This document shows, in pieces, positions 54,360 through 64,000 of a stretch of 64,000 nt of DNA (position 1 is the first letter of the stretch; each line of letters begins with the position of its first letter). The notes below the pieces were generated by a model, which was not told the DNA's origin, did no database searches, and was given only the letters and a program-made list of their open reading frames with translations. The stretch is from Octopus vulgaris. Its lineage: Eukaryota. The translations under genes were made by a program, and so were the position numbers. The stretch lies in the NCBI GenBank assembly GCA_951406725.2, contig OX597818.1, forward strand, positions 53,134,001-53,198,000, read 5' to 3'.

Positions 54360-57244
54360 TACGTATGCACATATTTATAACATGACTCATACACTGTTCA
54401 CTTTCCTGACCTTTGTACATACTTCTATGTACTGTACGTACACCTTTAATGAGTTGTAGTGCACCTGAGCACTATACACAATAATTTCATTATTATTATT
54501 ATTATTATAAAAAGGATATAAATGTGGACCTTATGAATGCGGGTATCAAGTGTTAATTAACAAAATGATATTAAAAGATTTTCTCTAGCGGAGAAAACAT
54601 CACTCTGTGGCCTGGAGATCTTCGATAGTTTTCCTTACAGCTGGATAAAGGAATGCTTGGAGATATTCAAGGTCTCACCAGTAATCAGGAATTTTGTACC
54701 ACACACTACGAAGCTCTGGAGAACGAGATTAATTCTTAATACGGGTAGTACAGGTGTAAGCACTGGACAACTCAATATTAATTGTGGTATTTTTTCAAGG
54801 AGATTTATAATCTCCTCTGTTATTCTGCTTAGCACTGCTTCCTCTAAGTAAACTCCTGAATGAAAGAACTTTTGGATATAGGGTGTATGGAAAAACAATT
54901 AATCATCTCCTCTCTATGGATGCCTTGAAACTGTTAGCAAAAAATTACCAAAAATGCCAGCACTCCTGCACGCAGTCAATCAATTTAGTAAAAATAGTAA
55001 CAAAATGGAATTTGGGTTTGACAAGTGTGCCAAGGCTATATTTAACCAGTGGGAAACTATCAAACACATGCAACATCGTTCTATATAGAGACACCGAGAT
55101 AAAAGAATTAAGATCCTGGGGGAAATTACAAATATCTAGAAGTAGGTGAAAGAGGACACTCACCAATGATAGAAAAGATAAGGAAGGAGTGTAGCTGAAT
55201 GCCTGAAACAAAATTGATCTCATAAATACATTGGTCAAACGTGCAATCACATGCAGCTTCTTTTATTGTCTATAAAAGACGAACCCAGAGGAGGACGAAC
55301 ATGGACACCACAACACATAGCGTTTGTTACAATTAAATCAAGGATATACATTTTTTAAAGTATGAAAATTTGAAGAATTATAAAAATCGGAAAAAATCGA
55401 GATGAATAGGAGTGGCTGTGTGGTAAGTAGCTTGCTTACCAACCACATGGTTCCGGGTTCAGTCCCACTGTGTGGTACCTTGGGCAAGTGTCTTCTACTA
55501 TAGCCTCGGGCCGACCAAAGCCTTGTGAGTGGATTTGGTTGACGGAAACTGAAAGAAGCCCGTCGTATATATGTATATATATATGCGTGTGTGCGTATAT
55601 GTTTGTGTGTCTGTGTTTGTCCCGCCAACATCGCTTGACAACCGATGCTGGTGTGTTTACGTCCCCGTAACTTGCGGTTCGGCAAAAGAGACCGATAGAA
55701 TATAAGTACTAGGCTTACAAAGAATAAGTCCCGGGGTCGAGTTGCTCGACTAAAGGCGGTGCTCCAGCATGGCCACAGTCAAATGACTGAAACAAGTAAA
55801 AGAGTAAAAGTGTAAAAGAGTGAATCCGACAATTAGATATGGGGTTCTAATCAACCCGCCGGTTGTTTTCTCTTTTCCCCCCACTTGTTTTTATCCCTTT
55901 TTTCCTTCAGAACCGGCTACAATAGCTCAACATCTTCCGTTCGCATCATTCTTACAACAGGTTTCTATCTTTTTCGAAACATACCTCGAGAGAGGGACTT
56001 GCTCTCCAGACGGATCTTACGCCGCAGGTGATAGTTAAAAAAACAAACTAATCAACCCGCATCAGGAGATTAAGTTACCTGTCTCAGTTCCTCATCCACG
56101 CGTCCTCCATACTGTGTCTTTTTCGATTTTATAAACTAGTCCCTCTTAAGGCGGCGAGCTGGCAGAAACGTTAGCGCTCCGGGGGGAAATGCTTAGCGGT
56201 ATTTCGTTTATCATTACGTTCTGGGTTCAAAGTCTACCGAGGTCAACTTCGCCTTTCATCCTTTCGGGGTCGATAAATAAAGTACCAGTTTCGCACTGGG
56301 GTCGATGTAATCGACTTAACCCCTTTTTCTGTCCTTGTTTCTCCCTTCTTTGTTTAGCCTCTTGTGGGTAGTAAAGAAAAACATACACTAGTCCCTCTCT
56401 GAGATCAACAAAGTTGATATCAAAATACGAAAGCCGTGTGAGTTAATGCAATTCCAACTCTCATTGAAAATTGCAACTATGGGACTTTCTGCAGATCCGC
56501 ATCAAGCAGACGGCGGTATGTTAAAACTGTTTCTGAAATATGAAGATACAAAACAGTCGCGCTTGTTAATGAAGGCAAGAAAAATCTAAAATAACATATA
56601 TATATATGAGAAGGGAGATAACTTTGGTTTTTTGGAGAAAAATCGCCGAGACTTGTAGGATATGTAATGGTTTTATTAAATGTCTATGTAAGGGTAAAAA
56701 GACACAAGTTTGGTGTTAGAATATAAAGGTTAGTCAAAGAAATTAATTGTTAAGTGTATGTTAAGAAATGAATATCGGAAAAATAATAACAGACGTAATA
56801 ATTTGGTAAAATGGAAATAAATACAAATCTACTCTTTTACTCATTTACTTGTCTCAGTCACTTTGACTGCGGCCATGATGGAGCACAGCCTTTAGTCGAA
56901 CAAATCGACCCCAGGACTTTATTCTTTGTAAGCCTGGTACTCATTATATCGGTATCTTTTTGCCGAAGCGCTAAGTTACGGGGACGTAAACACGCCAACA
57001 TCGGCTGTCAAGCGATGGGGTGGGAGAACGCAGACACACATACACACGCGCGCTCGCACGAACACACGCTCACACACATATACGTCGGGCTTCTTTCAGT
57101 TTCCATCTACCAAATTCACTCACAAGGCTTTGGTCGGCTTGGGGCTATAGTAGGAGACACATTCTCAAGGTGCCATGCAGTGGGACTGAACCCGGAACCA
57201 TGTGCCCAAAGTAGAAAAAAAAAATTAGCTTCGTCAATCTCATC

Positions 57245-57628
57245 ACTCTCACTTACCTTTCGTAAATCATATTTTAAGGGCTCGTTTCCCACATGAAATG
57301 GAAAATAAGGCTGGAGAAGAAATGCCTGTCGCAAAGTGTGTTTCGTAAAAGATGGAAATCTATAGCAAGTATGTTGCGAGTGAAAGAACTTGTTTAAACG
57401 AGAAGGTAAAAAAGGAGAAAGCAAAGTCTTCAGTGTGAGGATGTGGTTTGTGGGGTCAACCGCGTCCTCCGCTTCATTTTTGTTAATCACTCATTCTCAT
57501 TTAATTGTATATATTTTAATTGTTTGTTTATTCATACGTTTCGTCTCATTCGATACCCTGACCCCAATGTTTGTTTTGTCTGTCCCCGTATCGTCCCCTC
57601 TTTTTCTCAACCTTATGGTGAATAAAGA

Positions 57629-57632
<4 letters not shown>
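57245..57632 (+). mobile_element. Second Tx1/L1-like LINE 3' fragment ending at (CT)n
   Basis: MKWKIRLEKKCLSQSVFRKRWKSIASML parallels LKRKVRVERQVLSRECFKK of the 25445-26092 element. UTR ends AATAAAGAAA and runs into (CT)n. Confidence 0.55.
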
Positions 57633-57670
<38 letters not shown>

Positions 57671-58119
57671 CTCACACACACACACTCAACCTTTATCATC
57701 TTCCATTGGGCCTTAAAACAACAATATCTAGATCCTTTTGTCACTGTTTCCTATAAGGTGGCCGACCGACCCCTTTCGATTTCTGTTTTGCTGACTTTTC
57801 AGACAAAATGAAGTCCTCGAATTACTCTTGCTCCGACGAATATAACAAACGGACTTTCTACCCCTTGCCACCAGACTGGTAGCTTTACTTCCTATGCTTT
57901 GTGGTCTTTGAAAGTCATCAGAACGTTCATGTCCATGCAGATCCCACACAACCACATCGTTATGCGCTGCTTCGACACCCACCGCCTGCTCATACTGTGT
58001 TACAAAGGTGACGATGTGCTAAGAATCCCTGTCCGTAATACTTATTCTGTCGCTGACCCTTGAGTGACACCAAGCTGTGGACGGATGTATAGCGTATCAG
58101 TTCCAACAGATGTCTCACC

Positions 58120-59105
58120 TTCAAGACTAAGCACATACCTATACCTATACGCTGGGGTGCATCACGAACTAGGCACACATACCAATACGCTGGGGTGCAT
58201 CTCGGACTAGGCACGCATATCCAAACGCTGGGTGAATCTCGGACTAGGCACACATACCCGTACGCTGGGGTACATCTCAGACTAGGCACCCATACCCGCA
58301 CGCTGGAGTGCATCTCGGACTAGGCCCGCATATCCATACGCAGGGTGCATCTCGGACTAGGCACCCATACCCGTACGCTGGGGTGCATCTCGGACAAGGC
58401 ACACATACCCATACGATGGTGTGCTTCTCGGACTAGGCACGCATACCGATACGATGGGGTGGATCTCGGACTAGGCACCCATACCCGTACGCTGGAGTGC
58501 ATCTCGGACTAGGAACGTATATCCATACGATAGGGTGGATCTCGGACTAGGCACACATACCCATACCATGGGGTATATCTCAGACTAGGCACCCATAGCC
58601 GTACGCTGGGGTACATCTCGGACTACGCACGCATACCCATATGCTGGGGTGCATCTCGGACTAGGCACCCATAACCGTATGCTGGGGGTACTTCTCGGGC
58701 TAGGCACCCATACCCGTACGCTGGAGCGCATCTCGAACTAGGCACACATACCCATACGCTGGGGTGCATTTCGGACCAGGCACACGTACCCATACGATGT
58801 GGTGCATCTCGGACTAGGCACACATATCCATACGATGGGGTACATCTCGGACTAGGCAACCATACCCGTATGCTGGGGTACATCTCGGACTAGACACACA
58901 TACCCATACGCTGGGGTGCATCTCGAACTAGGCACACATACCCATACGCTAGGGTATATCACAGACTATGCCCACATACCTATACGCTGGGGTGCATCTC
59001 GGATTAGGCACACAAATCCATACGCTGGGGTGCATCTCGGACTAGGCACCTATACCCGTACTATACTGGGGTGCACCTCGGAGTAGGCACGTATATCCAT
59101 ACGAT
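58120..59105. repeat. 38-bp GC-rich minisatellite, about 26 copies
   Basis: Consensus TGCATCTCGGACTAGGCACACATACCCATACGCTGGGG. ACTAGG recurs at 58168, 58206, 58243, 58281 and onward. Confidence 0.96.
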
Positions 59106-59388
59106 TGAGTGTGTCGTTCAAAGTTTCTTCCAACTGCTCCCTTGAGGACATACAAAAACCCTCTCCATTTTTAAAATTACAAAATTTATGCCATTTATCT
59201 TTGCCCATTCCTTAATGAAGCGTAAACCATCGCTCTGTTAAACACCATCTGGCACCTTAGGTGCTCTAAGTGATGAGGGAGTCTACTCTCCTTCAAGCAT
59301 TAGGGGACAAGTTTCTAGTTTGAGGATGCATTTGTTCCTTCAACCGTCACTTGTTTCGGTGGCCCTGTAAAGAGTCCTGAGTATTTCT

Positions 59389-59800
59389 TATTTCTTTACT
59401 GCCCACAAGAGGCTAAACACAGAGAGGACAAACAAGGACAGACAAAGGGATCAAGTCGATTACATCAACCCCAGTGCGTAACTGGTACTTATTTAATCGA
59501 CCCCGAAAGGATGAAAGGCAAAGTCGACCTCGGCGGAATTTGAACTCAGAACGTAGTGGCAGACGAAATACCTATTTCTTTACTACCCACAAGGGGCTAA
59601 ACACAGAGGGGACAAACAAGGACAGACAAACGGATTAAGTCGATTATATCGACCCCAGTGCGTAACTGGTACTTATTTAATCGACCCCGAGAGGATGAAA
59701 GGCAAAGTCGACCTCGGCGGAATTTGAACTCAGAACGTAGCGGCAGACGAAATACTGCTAAACATTTCGCCCGGCGTGCTTACGTTTCTGCCAGCTGGCC
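59389..59800 (-). mobile_element. SINE-B dimer
   Basis: Junction GACGAAATAC-CTATTTCTTTAC at about 59562-59583. Direct repeat GAGTATTTCT at 59379-59388 and 59801-59810. Confidence 0.9.
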
Positions 59801-60468
59801 GAGTATTTCTGAGTATTTCTTTCCTCTCTATCTGAAAGAGAAAATAAATATCAAGGTGGCTCACCTCCATTCAAATGTTAAACGTAAAACAGACGAATCA
59901 AATTTTGAATTAATTAACTAATAAGTTTTTCAGCATAAAATGACGTGTACGTCGACTGGTACCTTATTTTATCGACTCCGAAATGATGCAAGGCAAAGTT
60001 GAGGTCGCGTGGAATTCGAACTCATGACGTAAAATCTGAATAAATGCCACGAAGCTTTCTTCGTCTGGTGTGCTAACATTTCTGCCAGTTCGCCGCTTTC
60101 AAGCTTAATGTAATACTCTTTATTTACTCTTTTACTTGTTTCAGTCATTTGACTGTGGCCATGCTGGAGCAGTGCCTTTAGTCGAGCAAATCGACCCCAG
60201 GACTTTCTATCGGTCTCTTTTGCCGAACCACAAAATTACGGGGACGTAAACAAACCAGCATCGGTTGTCAAGCGATGTTTGGGGGGACAAACACAGACAC
60301 ACAAACGTATACACACACACTTACATACATACACACACACACATACACACACATACACACTTACATTCATACACACACACATACACATACATACACACAC
60401 ATACACACACACACACACACATACATACACACACACATACACACACATGCACACACACACACACATGT

Positions 60469-60531
<63 letters not shown>

Positions 60532-61068
60532 CGACAGGCTTCTTTCAGTTTCCGTCTACCAAATCCCCTCACAAGGCTTTGGTAGGCCCGAGGCTATAGT
60601 AGAGTACACTTGCCCGAGGTGCCACGCAGTGGGACTGAACCCGGAACCATGTGGTTCGTAAGCAAGCTACTTACCACACAGCCACTCCTAAGGTAAAATC
60701 GTAAGCACACACCGGATCAAATGCTTTGGGGCATTTCTGCCAACTTTACGTTCTGAGTTCAGAACTTTACGCTTTTCATCCCTTCGTGGTCGATAAAATA
60801 AGAACCAACCAATCCAGCATATTCTAGAAAAGATATTTCATATAAATAGTTACTCTTTTACTCTTTTACCTGTTTCAGTCATTTGACTGCAGCCATGCCG
60901 GAGCACCGCCTTTAGTCGAGGAATAATCGACCCCCAAGACTTATTCTTTGTAAGCCTAGTACTCATTCTATCGGTCTCTTTTGCCGAACCGCTAAGTGAC
61001 GGGGACATAAACACACCAGCATCGGTTGTCAATCAATGTTAGGGTGACAAACAGACGCACAAACATAT

Positions 61069-61102
<34 letters not shown>

Positions 61103-62004
61103 GAATGGCGGTGCCCCAGCATGGCCACAGCTCGTGAGCTGAAACTAGATAAAATTTAAAAAATAAGAAAATATATATAGGCGCAGGAGTGGGTTCAGTC
61201 CCACTGCGTGGCACCTTGGGCAAGTGTCTTCTGCTATAGCCCCGGGCCGACCAATGCCTTGTGAGTGGATTTGGTAGACGGAAACTGAAAGAAGCCTGTA
61301 GTATATATGTATTTATATATATATATATATATATGTGTGTATATGTTTGTGTGCCTGTGTTTGTCCCCCTAGCATTGCTTGACAACCGATGCTGGTGTGT
61401 TTACGTCCCCGTAAATTCGCGGTTCGGCAAAAGAGACCGATAGAATAAGTACTAGGCTTACAAAGAATAAGTCCCGGGGTCGATTTGCTCGACTAAAGGC
61501 GGTGCTCCAGCATGGCCGCAGTCAAATGACTGAAACAAGTAAAAGAGTAAAAGCGTAAAGAGTAAACATGTATACGACGTGTTTCCTTCAGTTTCCGTTT
61601 ACCAAATCCACTCATAGGGCTTTGGTCGGCCCGAGGCTATAGTAGAAGACACTTTCCCAAGGTGCCACGCAGTGGGACTGAACCCAGAACCATGTGGTTG
61701 GTAAGCAAGGTACTTACCACACAGCCAGACAAATAAAGCAACGGTTTCCATTGGCGGGATTGCAACGACAGACATGTCAACGGCCGGACGTCTGCACCAC
61801 CCATTAAACAACAGAGAAGAGACCAATTATTGCTTAGCTTTGCATTTTTTTCTTCGCTGGTCGCTCTATTTATTACCTATTTATCAGCAGTTGTTGTAGT
61901 AGTGGTAGCAGCAGTCAAAGTATTCTCTTGAATTCTTCATTCATTTATCAGATTTTCTGTCAGAACATATCTGTCTAACATCTCTTAACAATTCTCTCTA
62001 TGTG

Positions 62005-62119
<115 letters not shown>

Positions 62120-62337
62120 AAAATGCCTGCGCTTTCAAATCCGGATTTTCGTTGATTTTCTTTTTTTTTAAGTTTCGATTTGAATTCAACATAAAGAAAA
62201 CGCCCAGATTTTGTTTATTTACGTGTGTGTGTGCGTGTGTGTGTGTGTATGTGTGTGTGTATGTAAGTGTGTGTGTGTGTTTACATACACATACACGTAT
62301 ATACATATATACGCACATGAAAAAGATAGATAGATGG

Positions 62338-63658
62338 GAGAGATTGCCTGACGCAGCTACTGCATCATTTTGATGACATTTTGAGAGCCTTGGGAGAGGG
62401 TTCCAACACTGATGTCATCTACCTTGATTTCAGCAAGGCCTTTGACAGGGTTGATCATAAGATCCTTCTGAGAAAGCTGTCCAATATTGGTGTTACTGGA
62501 AAGCTGCTGCAGTGGATCAAGTGCTTCCTGTCTAACAGAACCCAACATGTTGTAGTCGAAGGAGTCAAATCCAGCCCAGCCAAAGTCAGCAGTGGTGTCC
62601 CACAAGGCACTGTGTTGGGCCCACTCCTCTTCATCATCTACAAATGATATTACTGAACCATCAAACACAGTAACATCAGAACCTTCGCTGATGATTCCAA
62701 GCTCCAGAAGGTCATCAATGGCGTGGATGACCGAATAAGCCTTCAGTCAGACCTACTGGCTGTTGTCCAATGGGCGGAAAAGAATAACATGCTGCTAAAC
62801 GAAAACAAATTCGAACTGATCCACTTTGGAAAGGAGGACGCTCTGAAACTCCCATACTCCCTTCCTTCTGGAGAAATTCTCATGGCGTCCAACAACATCA
62901 GAGACTTGGGAGTAACAGTGGACAACAACATAAGCTGGGCTACACATATAAGCAGCAAAGTTGACATGGCCCGCAGAATGTGTTCCTGGATTCTCAGAAC
63001 CTTCCAGTCGAGAGATTCCCACACTATTATCCTTCTCTTCTCCACTTTTGCCCGACCCCACCTTGAATACTGCTGTCCACTGTGGTCTCCCTACACAAAA
63101 CAAAATATTATGAGAATTGAAGCTCCCCAAAGGTCAATCACAAAAAAGATAGATGGCATGTCAGACCTTGACTACTGGGGTAGACTAGAGAAGCTGAAAC
63201 TGTATTCACTCCAACGACGCCGTGAACGCTACATTATCTGTATGATGTGGAAAATATTCCATCAGCACTGTCCGAATGATGTTGGCATCACCTTCAAAAT
63301 ACATCCAAGGCTTGGACCACGTGCCATTCGTCCACAACAAAAATCTAAATCGCATCACATAACGACAATACGGCACAACTATTTCACCTCAATTGGACCC
63401 GCTCTCTTCAACATTACACCAGGACACATCAAAAAAGAAACTGATCACACAAAATTCAAGAAGTCTTTGGACAAATTCCTTCAAACAGTCCCGGACAAAC
63501 CACCCACACCCGGATATGTCTCCGCAAACAATAACTCTCTGCTCAAATGGGCCTTGGTGCCCAAATCCTGAATTGAAAGACTTCGCCAGGTGGTGCTATT
63601 AAGTTAGACATGGCCTGGGCCAATACTGGCCAAAACCTTTCTAAGTTATTCTAAGTTA
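62338..63658 (+). mobile_element. 5'-truncated CR1-clade LINE (reverse transcriptase)
   Basis: YLDFSKAFDRVDH, SGVPQGTVLGPLLF, FADD (after frameshifts near 62640-62660), RDLGV, RPHLEYCCPLWSPY, LYSLQRRRER. 3' end CTAAGTTATTCTAAGTTA. Confidence 0.95.
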
Positions 63659-63804
63659 CATTGATACATAGATAGATACATAGATACATCGATAGATAAA
63701 GGGTTTTTGCATACATACACATACACACAAATACATATATACGCATGTATATACACATGTATAGACATATGTAGACATATAGACAGACAGACAGATAGAC
63801 AGAC

Positions 63805-63869
<65 letters not shown>

Positions 63870-63870
<1 letters not shown>

Positions 63871-64000
63871 GTTTCTTTATTGGCCACACAGGGCTGCACA
63901 CAGATGGGACAAGTTACAAGGTAGAGCTTTTCTTTTGGGGCATGAAAAAAAACAAAAAACAAAAGAAACAAAAAAAAAGGGTGGCGTAGGTTTTCGATCA
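63870..64000 (-). mobile_element. 3' end of the GATA-associated Tx1-like LINE (runs off the window)
   Basis: Matches 25445-25565 and again abuts a (GATA)n tract (63805-63869). Confidence 0.7.

Larger units (their letters stand above)
51340..55250 (+). pseudogene. Fragmented old R4/Dong-like LINE (RT region) hosting multiple nested insertions
   Basis: Colinear coding remnants KAARIRRLEKRS (~51540), DKIPNYWL...PEWLV (~52645-52755), PENYKPITCLKTMYKILT (~53787), INCGIF/QGD..SPLLFCLA (~54775) and INHLLSMDALKL (degenerate YMDD, ~54900). Confidence 0.8.

Noticed and set aside
58120-59105. CRISPR-like array (38-bp periodicity)
   Set aside because: Units are contiguous with no unique spacers, there are no cas genes, and the context is eukaryotic. 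It is a minisatellite.
62381-63571. Active reverse transcriptase gene
   Set aside because: 5'-truncated, no endonuclease domain, and frameshifted just before the FADD motif.

Overview
AT-rich, microsatellite- and SINE-saturated animal genomic DNA. The repeat families point to a coleoid cephalopod, most likely Octopus; this is inferred from the repeats and not proven. One protein-coding gene can be rebuilt on the + strand: a mitochondrial-clan cytochrome P450 with 9 coding exons (2-68 [5'-incomplete], 9820-10048, 16220-16410, 18615-18807, 21174-21321, 27896-28059, 32663-32741, 38687-38887, 39739-39876). All introns are GT-AG with matching phases, giving 469 aa in the window with PGP, WxxxR, I-helix (ASVDT), ExxR, PERW and FxxGxRxCxG motifs. 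The rest is mobile or repetitive DNA: three tRNA-headed SINE families (working labels A, B, C), R4/Dong-like RLE LINEs in (TAA)n, Tx1-like LINE 3' ends at (GATA)n and (CT)n, CR1-like LINEs, Penelope-like pieces with minimal hammerhead-ribozyme motifs, Tc1/mariner remnants, several MITEs, a Helitron-like element and 16-, 38- and 50-bp minisatellites. The strongest leads are: (i) two off-consensus P450 codons (Ser AGT in the I-helix, Gln CAG after the heme Cys) that one A-to-I edit each would return to consensus; (ii) SINE-B multimers with an invariant junction; (iii) a GATA-associated Tx1 LINE whose tail SINE-B shares; (iv) a hammerhead-carrying composite repeat; (v) a TSD-flanked three-SINE chimera. 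Most ORFs in the supplied track are microsatellite or SINE artefacts. Repeat boundaries were read by eye and are approximate.
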